Below are positions 1 through 13,859 of a stretch of DNA of 64,000 bases, piece by piece (the first letter of the stretch is position 1; every line of letters begins with the position of its first letter). The position numbers and the translations under genes are program-made. The notes beneath the pieces were generated by a model. That model had not been told where the DNA came from. It saw nothing but the letters and a program-made list of their open reading frames with translations, and did not search any database. The stretch is from the NCBI RefSeq assembly GCF_009914755.1, contig NC_060936.1. One strand, given 5' to 3'. The stretch is from the human T2T-CHM13v2.0 reference genome, Homo sapiens.

Positions 1-110
1 AAGCCCTCAGGGAAAAAATGATTGTATTGACATTGTATAGTTGGCAATCAGGTAACAATTCGAATGAGACAGTGATATCCATTGGGGTCTGGCTTCTTAG
101 AGAGCATTAC

Positions 111-225
111 CTGTTCCGTCCTCTGTAACAAGAGCATGCACTTTGAGGAAACTCCAGTATCCTTCCCGATTTCACTCAAAAGCATCTGTGTTAATAAACT
201 TGGAGACACAGCCATCTTTCCCCAA
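111..225 (-). pseudogene. OVOS2P: OVOS exon 9 (LGKDGCVSKFINTDAFE*NREG...VTEDGT) with premature stop
   Basis: 115 nt, acceptor cttttcag, donor gtaatg; codon 18 is TGA (174..172). Confidence 0.9.
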
Positions 226-629
226 CTGAAAAGAACAATAAAAAAAAGTTATATTGTAAAGGAAGACTGTAAGAAATAGCTATAATAGGGAAAATGTGTG
301 ACCTCACTGAAGCAACTTTAAGAATATTGTATTACCCAAGTTTTAGTTTTTTAAAATAATCCATTGTGTTTCTATAATTATATTTTCAGTTCATGTATTT
401 ACCTATAACTATTTATTTTTTAATAAATATTAACTCTTACAATATTGTGTTTTAAAAAACTCTTCATGGTGACATTATTTTGTTATTATACAAGATAATA
501 AACACATCCATCACTAGTCACGTATTCACACATGATATTTGCAATTTTGGTAATTTCAGCCATATTCTTTTACAGTTTTGAAACTGAGTTTTATATTATT
601 TAGTTACCATGCCTTGGACATTTATGGGA

Positions 630-815
630 CTATTTACACAGCAGTTAGGAACACAGGCTTTACAGTCAAACACCAGAATTTGAACCCTGGCTTTACCACT
701 TATTACTTCATACAAAATGAAATCTTAATAAAGAGCTTGTAGAACTGTATTACATTAGACAATAACTGGAAAGTGTTTATTTAGCACAGGGCCTGGCACT
801 TAGTAAACATTCAGT
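630..815 (+). mobile_element. MIR SINE
   Basis: MIR-like core and 3' end (ttgaaccctggctttaccactta...cctggcacttagtaa). Confidence 0.6.
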
Positions 816-1235
816 AGGTAGTAGATTTTTAAATTAGATTCCTTTACATTTCTCTCAGTGTCTAGTCAAGTGACAATGTCTCACTAAGTGAAATTTTTAA
901 AGTGTCACAATTAGTAACCAAAATTAAACAGGATGAATTGTCAAATATTTTTAAAATGTGGGATAAATTGTGCTCATAGGTTCCTGGACTTTAATATTGG
1001 GGAAAAACTGATTTCTTATTCTACTCCTTCATCTTATGATGATATGAGGAAATCTAGTCCTCAAGATGTGGGTGAGATGTCAAAATCCTGTGCTACTTCA
1101 GGGGGTCCTTGAAACTATAAGAAGGTCTAGAACCATTTCCAGAAGCTTAAAGATCTAGAAAAATTTCCACTATACTAAAGGTGAATAATGAGATAAATTA
1201 TTTAGTCCACACTCCTGCTTTACATGTGCATTTGA

Positions 1236-1397
1236 TTATTTTAACTTTTATTTTAGGTTCAAGGGTGCCTGTGCAGGTTTGTTATATAGGTAAATTGTGT
1301 GTCATGGGGGTTTGGTGTACAGATTATTTCACTATCCAGGTAATAAGCATAGTATCCAATAGGTAGTTTTTTTGATCCTCACCCCTTCCCACCCTAC
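1236..1397 (-). mobile_element. L1 3'-end fragment (older L1PA type)
   Basis: T-rich tail plus L1 3'UTR; probable TSD atgtgcattt/atgtacattt. Confidence 0.8.
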
Positions 1398-1749
1398 ATG
1401 TACATTTTAAATTTCCAGAGCTCTCAAATCTCCTGAAGGGCATCCTATAATATAGCCACCTTCGATAATGCATTCTGGGATCTACCTACCCTGTGCACTC
1501 GGCTTATATTGGTTTAGTCTCTTCTAGAGTGTGCATCTTTAAAGATTATGACTGCTTCATAAAGTGCAAAACCCATGAGGATAGTACCTGATCTGTCTTG
1601 CTCAACAATGAAGCTTCTAAATAAAATTATTCTTGCATATTAAAAGACCTCAATATTTATCTGTTGAATGAATTTGTGGAGAAAATTTTTGTATCCCTGA
1701 TATCCCTAAAGATACAGCCCCACTAGTTATTTAAATATTTATATGACTT

Positions 1750-2040
1750 GGTTGGGGTGCAGTGGCTGACACCTGTAACCCCAGCACTTTGGGAGACCGA
1801 AGCGGGCAGATCACATGAGATCAGGAGTTCAAGACCAGGCTGGCCAACATGGTGAAACCCCGTCTCTATTAAAAATACAAAATTAGCTGGGCGTGGTGGT
1901 GCACGCCTGTAGTCCCAGCTTCTTGGGAGGTTGAGGCACGAGAATTGCTTGAACCCGGGAGGCAGAGGTTGCGGTAAGCCAATATCGCGCCACTGCACTC
2001 CAGCATGGGCGACACAGTGAGACTGTCTAAAAATATATAT
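1750..2040 (+). mobile_element. AluS
   Basis: Full dimeric Alu with central A-rich linker. Confidence 0.95.
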
Positions 2041-3093
2041 GTATTGACATGTATTTATGATCTAGTTTTGCTGCACCCATGATCTTGAGCAATGTATTTA
2101 ACCTCTTTCTGCTTTAATCCACTCATCGGTAAGGGGGCGATAATAGTACCCCCTCATAGGGTACTATTTGTTTTGAGAATCAAATGCACATAAACTACTT
2201 AGCTCAGTGACTGACACAAAATAAGCATCCATTAAATGTTAGCAATTATTATTATTATAATTGTTACTATTGTTAGCGTTTATTGTCCACATTTTTTAAA
2301 TTTAAGAATTAGAAGGTTCTTAATTATTTCCAACCTAAAGTATTCTCTAAACAGGACAGGAATATGTGACACTGTGTGTGTGCACCTGTGTGTGTGTGTG
2401 CACACATGTGTGTGGATAAATGGTATCACACTGTAGTATGGGGATTGCAGCTGGCAGTTGTATATTAGACAGTCAGATCTGGCATGATTATAGCTGAAAG
2501 CCTTGCTACATCCTAGACCAGCCTGTTTGTGTCCGTTTTCTGAATGTTGGTTCTCAAACCTTCCAAGTAGATCTTTTAGGAAATTCCTCCTTTGTCAGTT
2601 TGGAAAAGTTGATTCTTCTCTTTAGTGGTTAAGAACCTGACTGATAGGGTTCCCATCTGGAGCTCCTATATACACTTATTTCCAGTGAGAATAGGTTGAG
2701 AGGAAAATAATTATACATCTAATACTCTTGAATATGCAGAAACATCACATCTCCCTGACTAAATTCACAAAGTATAAAATAAAGAACAGGACATATGTTC
2801 CCAGTAAATTGATAGGGTGTAGATTTTGATATGAAACCAAATGTATTTTTAATTAAGAATCGAAATTTACTACTCAGTTTCTGATACTATAATTTGCTTT
2901 TTGTCAGTCAATAGAAAATGAAACTTAGCATGACAAAAGAGGAATATAAAATTTACAAATAGGAATAGAAATATAGAATAAAAGTATATATTTTAACTGT
3001 AAAGAGGAAAACAGGAAGAAAGGAAGGTAAATGGAAGGTGAGGATAAAAAGTTAATGGAAACCTATTTATAATTTTGCTGATATACCTCTTAC

Positions 3094-3211
3094 CTGAATG
3101 GTAAAATTTTTACAGAGTGAACTGATAAGATGAGCACATGAATGATAAGCCGTAGATTCTCTGCACACACTAAGTTGGACCTTCCCGTCCACAGGTTCAC
3201 CATAGGTATAT
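3094..3211 (-). pseudogene. OVOS2P: OVOS exon 8 (YTYGEPVDGKVQLSVCR...CKNFTIQ)
   Basis: 118 nt, acceptor ttag, donor gtaaga, A2M YTYGxPV motif. Confidence 0.92.
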
Positions 3212-3764
3212 CTAATAGAAGAATATAACAACAACACAATTACAGAGGTCAAGGTCGTTTTTAATCTGTATAGGGTTTTGAAACCTTTATTTAGTAGCTG
3301 AAACCAGCACTGTAACAACATTTAAATAGCTAGTTACCATAAATTTTATTTTCTGGAGGAAATCTAAAACAATGGTACGGACTAAAATTGAGCTGAATGC
3401 TTTAGGCAAAAATATATTTTAATTAAAAAGGTTGAAATAGGCATGTAGACGTTATATATCTAAGTCACTAAAATACAATGTAAACAAAAAAACAAAAAAA
3501 TACATCAGTCATTATTTCATTAAAAATAATATTTTTTGCATACTGATAGCAATGGAGTATTGAAAAACAAAAAATGAAATAAAATAACATTTTGCTTCTT
3601 TTAGTTTTTTTGTTTTTAAACTGCTATTATGAGCATATTTTATGGTTTTTACTTTTAAAATGTAAATTATATTTATTTATTTATTTTTTATAAATGTCAT
3701 TTTAAGTCATCAGATTTTGGGGTAATTTCTTTTTGTTTGTTTTGGAAAGAAGTAAAACTGTTCA

Positions 3765-5186
3765 TTTTTTATTATTATATTTTAAGTTCTGGGATATATG
3801 TGCAGAAGGTGCAGGTTTGTTACATAGGTATACATGTGTTATGGTGGTTTGCTGCACCCATCAACCCATCATCTACATTAAGTATTTCTCTTAATGCTAT
3901 CCCTCCCCTTGCCCCCAACCCCCGACAGGCCCCGGTGTGTGATGTTCCCCTCCCTGTGCCCATATGTTCTCATTGTTCAACTCCTACTTCTGAGTGAGAA
4001 CATGTGGTGTTTGGTTTTCTGTTCCTGTGATAGTTTGCAGATAATGATGGTTTCCAGTTTCATCCATGTCCCTGCAAAGGACATGAACTCATTCTTTTTT
4101 ATGGCTGCATAGTATTCCATGGTGTGTATGTGCCCCATTTTCTTTACCCAGTCTAACATTGATGGGCATTTGGATTGGTTCCAAGTCTTTGTTATTGTGA
4201 ATAGTGCTGCAATAAACGTACGTGTGCAGGTGTCTTTATAGTAGAATGATTTATAATCCTTTGGGTATATACCCACTAATGCAATTGCTGGTCAAATGGT
4301 ATTTCTGGTTCTAGATCTTTGAGGAATGGCCACTGTGTCTTCCACAGTGGTTGAACTAATTTACACTCCCAACAACAGTGTAAAAGCGTTCCTATTTCTC
4401 CACATCCTCTCCAGCATTTGTTGTTTACTGACTTTTTAATGATTGCCATTTTAACTGGCATGAGATGGTATCTCATTGTGGTTTTGATTTGGATTTCTCT
4501 AATGACCAGTGATGATGAGCTTTTTTTCATATGTTTGTTGGCTGCATAAATGTCTTCTTTTAAGCAGTGTCTGTTCATATCCTTCACCCACTTTTTGATG
4601 GGGTTGTTTGCTTTTTCTTGTAAATTTATTTAAGTTCCTTATAGATTCTGGATATTAGCCCTTTCTCAGATGGATAGATTGCAAAATTTTTCTCCCATTC
4701 TGTATGTTGCCTGTTCACTCTGATTATAGTTTCTTTTGCTATGCAGAAGCTCTTTAGTTTAATTAGATCCCATTTGTCAATATTGGCTTTTGGTGCAATT
4801 GCTTTTGGCGTTTTAGTCATAAAGTATTTGCCCATGCCTATGTCCTAAATGGTATTGCCTAGGTTTTGTTCCAGGGTTTTTATGGTTTTAGGTCTAACAT
4901 TTAAATCTTTAATCCATCTTGAGTTAATTTTTGTATAAGGTGTAAGGAAGGGGTCCAGTTTCAGTTTTCTGCATATGGCTAGCCAGTTTTCCCAACACCG
5001 TTTATTAAATAGGGAATCCTTTCCCCATTGCTTGTTTTCATCAGGTTTGTCATAGGTCAAATGGTTGTAGATGTGTGGTGCTATTTCTGAGGCCACTGCT
5101 CTGTTCCATTGGTCTATATATCTGTTTTTGTACCAGTACCATGCTGTTTTGGTTACCATAGCCTTGTGGTATAGTTTGAAGTCAGG
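3765..5186 (-). mobile_element. 5'-truncated L1PA (ORF2 C-terminus plus 3'UTR)
   Basis: ORF2 peptides ([24 protein letters not shown]), 3'UTR and poly-T at the left end. Confidence 0.95.
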
Positions 5187-6905
5187 AATCCAACTTCCAA
5201 GGGATGTGAAGGACCTCTTCAAGGAGAACTACAAACCACTGCTCAAGGAAATAAGAGAGGACACAAACAAATGGAAAGACAATCCATGCTCATGGATAGG
5301 AAGAATCAACATCGTGAAAGTGGCCATGCTGCCCAAAGTAACTTATAGATACAATGCTATTCCCATCAAACTAACATTGACTTTCTTCACAGAATTGGAA
5401 AAAGCTACTTTAAAGTTCATATGGAACCAAAAAAAAGCCCGCATTGCCAAGACAATCCTAAGCCAAAAGAACAAAGCTGGAGGCATCACTCTACCTGATT
5501 CAAACTATACTACAAGGCTACAGTAACCAAAACAGCATGGTACTGGTACCAAAACAGAGATATAGACCAATGGAACAGAACAGAGCCCTCAGAAATAATA
5601 CCACACATCTACAACCATCTGACCTTTGACAAACCTGACAAAAACAAGAAATGCGGAAAGGATTCCCTATTTAATAAATGGTGCTGGGAAAACTGGCTAG
5701 CCATATGTAGAAAGCTGAAACTGGATCCCTTCCTTACACCTTATACAAAAATTAATTCAAGACAGATTATTAAAGACTTAAATGTTAGACCTAAAGCCAT
5801 AAAAACCCTAGAAGAAAACCTAGGCAATACCATTCAGGACATAGGCATAGGCAAGGACTTCATGTCTAAAACACCAAAAGCAATGGCAACACAAGCCAAA
5901 ATTGACAAATGGGATCTAATTAAACTAAAGAGCTTCTGCACAGCAAAAGAAACTACCATCAGAGTGAACAGGCAACTGACAGAATGGGAGAAAATGTTTA
6001 CAATCTACCCATCTGACAAAGGGCTAATATCCAGAATCTACAAAGAACTTAAACAAATTTACAAGAAAAAATCAAACAACCCCATCAGAAAGTGGGCGAA
6101 GGATATGAACAGACACTTCTCAAAAGAAAACATTTAAGCAGCCAACAGACACATGAAACAATGCTCATCATCACTGGCCATTAGAGAAATGAAAATCAAA
6201 ACCACAGTGAGATACCATCTCACACCAGTTAGAATGGCAATCATTAAAAAGTCAGGAAACAACAGGTGCTGGAGAGGATGTGGAGAAACAGGAACATTTT
6301 TACACTGTTGGTGGGACTGTAAATTAGTTCAACCATTGTGGAAGACAGTGTGGTGACTCCTCAAGGATCTAGAACTAGAAATACCATTTGACCCAGCTAT
6401 CTCATTACTGGGTATATACCCAAAGGATTATAAATCATGCTGCTATAAAGACACATGCACACTTATGTTTATTGCGGCACTATTCACAATAGCAAAGACT
6501 TGGAACCAACCCAAATGTCCATCAATGATAGATGGACATATACACCATGGAATACTATGCAGCCATGAAAATGGATGAGTTCATGTCCTTTGTAGGGACA
6601 TGGATGAAGCTGGATACCAACATTCTGAGCAAACTATCGCAAGGACAGAAAACCGAACACCGCATGTTCTCACTCATAGGTGGGAACTGAACAATGAGAA
6701 CACTTGGACACCGGGTGGGGAACATCCCACACTGGGGCCTGTCGTGGGGTGGGGGCAGTGGGGAGGGATAGCATTAGGAGATATACCTAATGTAAATGAC
6801 AAGTTAATGGGTGCAGCACAGCAACGTGGCACATGTATACATTTGTAACAAACCTGCATGTTGTGCACATGTACCCTAGAACTTAAAGTATAATTTAAAA
6901 AATTT
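5184..6905 (+). mobile_element. 5'-truncated L1PA (ORF2 C-terminus plus 3'UTR)
   Basis: ORF2 peptides ([16 protein letters not shown]..., [14 protein letters not shown]); 3' end tgtaccctagaacttaaagtataa. Confidence 0.95.
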
Positions 6906-8099
6906 TAAATAGGTAGAAAGAGCAAAGAACAAAATTGCTTGTAAGGAATAACAGTAGATTCCTCTGGGCTACGTTTTATGACAATTTCTCAATTTCATCT
7001 TCCAAATTACTAATTCTCTCTTAAGCATCATCGATCCTTCTAGTCAGCCTTTCTACACATATATTTTTAAATTAATAATATGCCTACTTCCAAGGTCTTT
7101 AATTATTTTTAAAGTTACACTATTGACTCATATCTGAGTATACACATTTTACTTATTTCTAAATTTTTTTCTGATTGATGTTCAACAGTTTTCTCAGGTA
7201 TATATTGCTCTTTTTTTTGTTTATATAATACCTTGATTTCAAGTCATTAGAATCTTCAACCATTTAGTGATTCATGCTTATGTTTTGGGATTCCCAGCTG
7301 GCTTGTCCTAGAGTGCTTTATTTTGCTTATGCAATACTTCTCCAGTAAAAATGACACAGGAGCCAACACACAGCCACTGTGATAGGGAAGTACCTAGACA
7401 TTTGGGCTTTGGGGATTTCTGTTACTCAGGGGATTTTCCAGCAATGCTGGCAATTCCCTGCCTTTATGACCCAACTACAATGAGACTTTTCAGTCTCTGC
7501 CTTTTCTGTATTCTTCCAACTCTGGAGGTGAAGCACAAGGTAGTGACATCAAAAAGTTAGCCATGCTTCTTCTTGACTCTTAAAGACTTCCAGCCTAAAG
7601 TAGACACAGGAAGGAGGACAGGCAAAGCTTTCACCTTAAAGTTTGGCATGGAATTTTAGATTACTGTAGTGAAGCTCTCCTAATAACTAGAAATTTCCAG
7701 GTCACTTTTTTATTTTTAATTATGCAAAATTAAAAGGAAAAGTAGTACACATGAGTCAGGGAAAAGTAGTACACATCAGGTCTGAGGAGACAAAGTTTTA
7801 ATGTTTGCACCCTGGCTCTCTTTGCTGGTTATATAAACTCTGTGAATGTTGCTTAACTTAGTGACAAGAGGGGAAAACAACCTGACCTGCTTCACTGCTA
7901 CTCCTGCCACACGTTAATCCTCACTATTTGCCCCTAAGTCCCTGTCTGCCCTTAGTATCCTCCACACTGTGCCCCGCCATTACCCTAGAGCCACTTGTAA
8001 CTCTTACAGCAGTTTTCTCTGTGATACATCTTGAGCTTCAGTTTTCTTTTATAATCATGTAATACATAAAGATTGAATTGAGAAATCATCATAAACAGA

Positions 8100-8283
8100 A
8101 GATATTGTCCAATGGAAATTTCTGGGAGATGGAATGTTCTATGTTTTATGTCTATGCTCTCCAATTCAGTGGCCACTAGTCACATGTGACAGCTTGAAAT
8201 GTGGCTAACGCAACTGAATATTTAGTTTTAATTAAAACTTAAATAACCACATGTGGTCACGGCTACTGTATTGGCTGGTGCAA
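8100..8283. mobile_element. MER3-like hAT-Charlie DNA transposon
   Basis: Characteristic gtggccactagtcacatgtg...cttgaaatgtggcta...accacatgtgg...gtattgg internal inverted structure. Confidence 0.7.
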
Positions 8284-8536
8284 AACAATATGTTATCTTA
8301 TGATGTAAGAAAGACAGTAGTCAGTTGTCTTAAACTGTTACATAAAACCACGTGTCATAACATGCATTAAAAGAATTATAGATGCATGGAAGAATTCATA
8401 AAATCAGCAAAATAATTTAACACCTTCTTTTTCCCTTACCTTCTACACATTTATATTTTACTTCTTTTTAGCCATCTATCCCATTCTAATATCTTTCTAT
8501 GAATACATTATTCTATTGTGTACAATTTCAACTTAC

Positions 8537-8621
8537 AAGGCACAGACATTCACTTTGAATTCAGAGTCCACAACTAAGATATTTTCTGGTGCATCCACAG
8601 TCATTTGAAATTTGGGTAACA
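8537..8621 (-). pseudogene. OVOS2P: OVOS exon 7 (VLPKFQMTVDAPENILVVDSEFKVNVCAL)
   Basis: 85 nt with ag/gtaagt boundaries, phases compatible with both neighbouring exons. Confidence 0.92.
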
Positions 8622-9301
8622 CTGCCAGTAAAAAAAATATATATATATTATATTATAATGTGTATATTATATATTATTAACATAAATACATATTAACATA
8701 AATACATTCATACAAAACAATTGTTTCTCCTTTACAAACCATCAACCTTTGCTTATGTTTGCCATTAATAAACAGTGTGAGGAGGACGTTGAAGTGCCTA
8801 AGACTGGATTTTGGAATTGGATAGAAAAATGCATATTTTGAATTCCAAATTCATCACTTCTCAGGTGTTGAACTTGGGAAAGTGTTTCTCAATATCTTCA
8901 TCTTTAAAATAGTAATAAAGATACTACAATAGAAATTTTATGAAGATTTTAGGAGAAAATATGAAGGGACTAATGGCTAACATATGACTAATGTTAATTC
9001 CATTCTTCTCATAAGAAGTGCTTTACATCCCAGAAACTATCATATAAAATAGAATCCAGATACTACAAAAGGAAGATAGATAGCCTAGGTTAACAGAGAA
9101 TTGCAGGAAGATTATGGGCTGAACTAGGAGATAAAAATCACAGTAGATGGAGAACCCTAAAATAGTAACAGAGGACAAGGAAAGAGGAAAGGAAGAGATA
9201 CTCACTTGAAAATTCATTATTTAATAATCCTGCCCTTGCAAAATTGGAAAGATTTTATAATTTTTTTATTAATAGGTAATATTTTCATTGCTATTATTTA
9301 C

Positions 9302-9470
9302 CATATTCTTCCACAGAGAAGGAGTGATATGTTTTCTTCTCATTGAGCATCTCCACGGTGATTTCATACCATCCGAGGATGGGCTCTGAGATTAACTGGA
9401 AGGAGAGTTGTAGAATCCCTCCCACAGACTCCTCATTCACCCACTGTTGTATTCGATTGCCTTCTGGATC
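9302..9470 (-). pseudogene. OVOS2P: OVOS exon 6 (DPEGNRIQQW...HSFSVEEY)
   Basis: Acceptor ttctcag, donor gtaaat, 169 nt open, homologous to A2M DPKGNRIAQW...FTVEEF. Confidence 0.92.
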
Positions 9471-10045
9471 CTGAGAATAAGAAAGTGTATTTTTGCATGC
9501 TGGATGTTTTTATTCATTATAAAGTTTCAGCAAGGTGTTTCCTACTTAGGTTTCCAACTGACTTAGGATTCAAAACATGAGTGTGTCCTCACATCACCCA
9601 AGGAGAATTGGTTACTCTCCTATCTGAGGTCACATAGATGCATATTACAGTACTTAGTATATTTTAGAGCTAGCTGTGATTTTTTTACATTTATTTTCTG
9701 TGTCAATCTCTGATTTCTTAAAGGCGAGCCATATTTTATCCCCAGTGCATAAAACATTAAGTGTACATTTATATACATTCAACAACTAAACATTAAATTA
9801 AATACAATCATACTTGCCCGTTGTCTATATTATTATTGTCTGTATTAATGGGTGCATGCTAATATGAATCACATGGTGGTGGGGGTGGAAACCTATTTCT
9901 GTCCTCTTGAGGCTGTCTACATGAAATTAATAATTCTGCGACAATTTAAATAGACAATCTTCCCTGTGAGCTGCCTTTTGATTTTGAGGTTTAGAGAGAT
10001 GTTCAAAAAATGAGAAAACAATTCTTCAACTATTAGTTATCTTAC

Positions 10046-10066
10046 CTGAAGGGTGATCACTGGATA
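10046..10066 (-). pseudogene. OVOS2P: OVOS 21-nt micro-exon (YPVITLQ), equivalent to A2M exon 5
   Basis: tttttatttcag|TATCCAGTGATCACCCTTCAG|gtaaga; same length as the A2M IPLVYIQ exon. Confidence 0.85.
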
Positions 10067-13000
10067 CTGAAATAAAAATAAAAATAATGTTAATATATGA
10101 ACTCAAGGTTTTTTTTTCTAGATGAGTGAAGAGGTTAATTATAAATCTATTATTAAGCAAAGAAACATAAACACATTTAGGACAACCCAAACAAATACTG
10201 ATTTCTGACTGAAAGTTTGAATATCTATTGATTATATTGAAACTCATCTGCCTAGTTTTCAAGAATTTTCATTTACTTCTCTCTCTTTCACAACATACAC
10301 CCTGCAGTCTCAGTAAGCAACCCTGCCCTTGGGTCTCTCCAACATAATAAAAATGCCCTCTTAGATGAATCATAACTTCCTTATCAACAAATTCGTGGTC
10401 AGTCTTCACTCTGACAGTTGCAATGTTTTACACTGCTGGTTGCCTCTTTTTGAAATGCTTCAATTTTGATTTCTGTATCTAGCACTAATTTTTTTTGTCT
10501 TAGATTATTGGCCATTCCTATACTCCACCATTTCCTTATCAGACAAGTAAATAAACGTAGACATTTGCCCAAGTTTCCCTTGCAGAGTTTCCTCTCCTTC
10601 TTCCTTCTCCTTCCACCTCTCTGTATCTCCTCTCAGTTCTCTCCATGTTTACCACTCTTGCCCCCTCTAAACCTATAGTCAACAGTTTGACTTTCATCTC
10701 TTAGTGTTTTCTCTCAGGACCTTAAAACTAACAAGTTGAAATTAAAGACTCCTAGGCCAGAAGCCCTCATGTGAATAGGCTGATGAGAATTTTAAAAATG
10801 AGTACATAGGGTCCTTTGCCCACTCCCCAAGTTGCTAAGTGCTCCTTCCCACTAATTGCAGCATTCATTCACTAATAAAACGTAATGTGTCTGGAGATAA
10901 GAACAGGATTCATAAACCTTGTCCAGAATTCTTGGAACTGAGAAATATAACAGTTGAATTAAGGGCCTACTTGTTATTCTAAATTCATGGAATTGAATCT
11001 TGATGAAATATTGAGATGGTATTGAAGAAAGCTACTGCTGCAACATTAACTCAAGCATTAAGAGAGGTAGAGCTTCTCATGAGATTTCCTCATAGGAAGA
11101 AAATGAAGAATATATTACCCAAAGGTGCCATGGGAAGACGTTAACCATTTGGATGAGATTCTAATAATGAGAAATGAACCTAGAGTACTATCCCTTTTTG
11201 TTTGCTATTTGTAATACTTCCAATGCAGATGGCTTCAACTGTGTTCAACAAATTTAGTTTTTATTACTTAATTTGTCTTTTTTTTTTAGATTTTTTTTTA
11301 AACTCAGCTTGGTCTATTTCAAAAAACTAGTGAACAAGAACCTAGTAAAATCACATTTTCATTGTTCTAAGCTGCTTGATTTTTCTCTAAAAACAATTAT
11401 TAAAATGAGGCTGATTCTGCTGTAGTCACTAATGACTGTCTGCACTAAATCTTGTATAAACCAGCCAAGAACCAATACAACAACTCCTTCATGTCCCCTT
11501 CTGGTTCATACTATCTCTCCCTGTCCATACACAGGGCCTCTTTTTAGAGGACTAGTAGTTCCAGGTCTTAAGATAAGTTTAAAGAAAGATCTGAAACTTC
11601 TTGATGCAAATGAAACTTTCTGGAAAAAGTATGTTTGAATATTCTACAAAACACTGACTTAAAGGAAAAGAAAGGCACCATCAGCAATGAAATTGCAGAA
11701 AATGAAAGAAAAGACCGATGTAAGATTTGGGCAGAAGAAACTAGGTATATGCTCTATATCTTGGCTCATTTGATAATGAGCCCAGTTGCATCATTACTAT
11801 ATTTTTATTATGTAGTCAAATTTATTATGAATGCCCAAATCTCATAGGCCAGCCATGCATTGAATCTATTTATCTAAATGGAATACTGAACCAGATAATG
11901 TCCAGCAATTAGAAACACTGGCTTGCAAAGATAAAACCACATAATCTCTTAGCTGCCATCATTTTTGGAAATGCTACATCAATTTCCATCTCTATACATA
12001 AGCACATGCAGTTTGTTGTGCCATGGAAACTCCTTGCCATAAACATTTGGTACAAATGATCTTCTTATCTATGACCCATATTTGAGGGAACAGTCCATTA
12101 ATCCTGTTCTTATGCAAATGTAGTTATTACTAAAGCAGGGAGTTGGATAATCATATTTGGCCTAATTGACAATAATAAGTCAACATTGGGGGGTGAGAAC
12201 TAATAAGGGAGTTATGATAATGCTGCAGCTGCTTTGATTTTCAAGAAGACCTTTACTTCCCCATGGTGCTTCCAATCAAGGATGATTGTCAAAGGATTGC
12301 AGTAGAAATTCTCACTGCCTTGGTTAAATAGAGGAGTTGCATTCTTAGAAATAGAAGCTTCAACCATGAACCAAGGAGAACAGGAACCACATGCTATCTT
12401 ACGGAAGTGATTTCGGATTTAGATTACTACAAGGTCTTTGGAGCACTAAAAATTAGATTCCTGCTCTGGAAATTAAAATTAAGCAACAGTCTAGTGAATG
12501 TAGCATAACTATAGAAGATGGGGAAAGGAGGTGGATTAAAAGTGACGATGTCTTAAGGATGAAGTACAATTTGGAGGGAGGAAAAGGCACTAACAGAGAA
12601 ACCATCTGCACAGCTTCTGTAAGCTTCAGAAGCTTCTTCGTAACTGCGCTCAGTTGATAGATTGATCTGAGAGACCACAAAAGAATGCTTAGTTCTAACA
12701 GGTTTCTAAACTACATGAAATGAAATTTGTCAGGTATCCTGTTGTAAAGACTGAAGTCCAGGTCATAATTCGTTGTCTTTTGACAGTTTTCACTGTTGAT
12801 CGCCTTGGTTCTCAGATTGTCGCTAGCTAGATTGTAGTCTTCTGCTGAAATACTGTCTTAGACTACCATCACCATATTAGTCTGGTCTCACTTTCTATTT
12901 TATCTGTTTACTATGCTTTTTCATATTTTGTTCATGCCACTATATAGTAGTTAATATATTGCATTATAAATATGAAGCAACAATAAACTGTGCAATGAGG

Positions 13001-13859
13001 TTTTAGCAATCATAGTTAATATCACACCATATTTTTATTCAAAAAGAAGCATGATGCTGGGTAGATTATGAATATTTGTAGCATTATAATCTCAGATTGT
13101 AATGATCAATTTTTTGAAAACTGAATATCTCTCAATTGTGTAAGACTCCTGGCTCAATTTCTTTGCTATGTTATAACCTTTCCTCTGTGCATTAGACTCT
13201 TTACTAGACTGTGGATGGATAAGAAATTTTAAAAAAGCAATTTTAAATTAAGGTTTAATGTTTCTGTGCTCTTTGAAGTAGCAGCCACCTTCCCCACCTC
13301 TGCCTTCTATAGCTCTCCTTAGCAAGAATCCTAGAAGCCTTCCTTGGACATCCTCTTGTGTCAAGCACATATACTCTTCCCCCTCATAAGCACCTCCCAC
13401 GCCAGCATGCATGCTCTCGTAATGTTTGTTCCACCGTTGTTGGTGCCAGCCCAAACTGTACAGCCATGCCCTGTCTTTCTTGTCTAGTCCTTCTTTCTCT
13501 GGTGCCTAAATACTGACCTGAATGCCCTCTTTTGTGAAGTGAGGGAGGGAGGCAAAGGGTCAGGGGAAGAGGAGTGGAAGGCTGGGGATAGCACAATGCA
13601 TGCAGTGCATTCCTCCATCTCCAGCACATATCCCTCACCTCCCTCTGCTTGTGTTGTTCTGGGATCACAGTGTGTTGGTGCCTAAGCAGGCTCTGATTAC
13701 TGTGATTCCCAGTTCATCCACGACTGCCTCCTCAAGCCATGATCCCCACATCTGTAGTGACTCCTCATGGGTGTTACTTAACTACATGAAAATGCCTCTT
13801 TAGTTCTATATTCAGGGATTTCCTTTAACTCTTCTATTCACTGCAGCTTCTTTTCCTTC

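Noticed and set aside
3737-6868. L1 ORF2 and Alu-derived ORFs as genes
   Set aside because: They are fragmented, truncated retroelement translations with stops and frameshifts.
12403-12465. Exon-like AG...GTAAGA segment on the minus strand as OVOS exon 4
   Set aside because: The possible lengths (43 or 63 nt) do not restore frame and show no A2M similarity.
10750-13250. Possible ancient hAT transposase fossil (weak RSFS-like motif near 12610-12680)
   Set aside because: The similarity is too weak, and no terminal inverted repeats or TSD could be identified by eye; a Dfam HMM search is needed.
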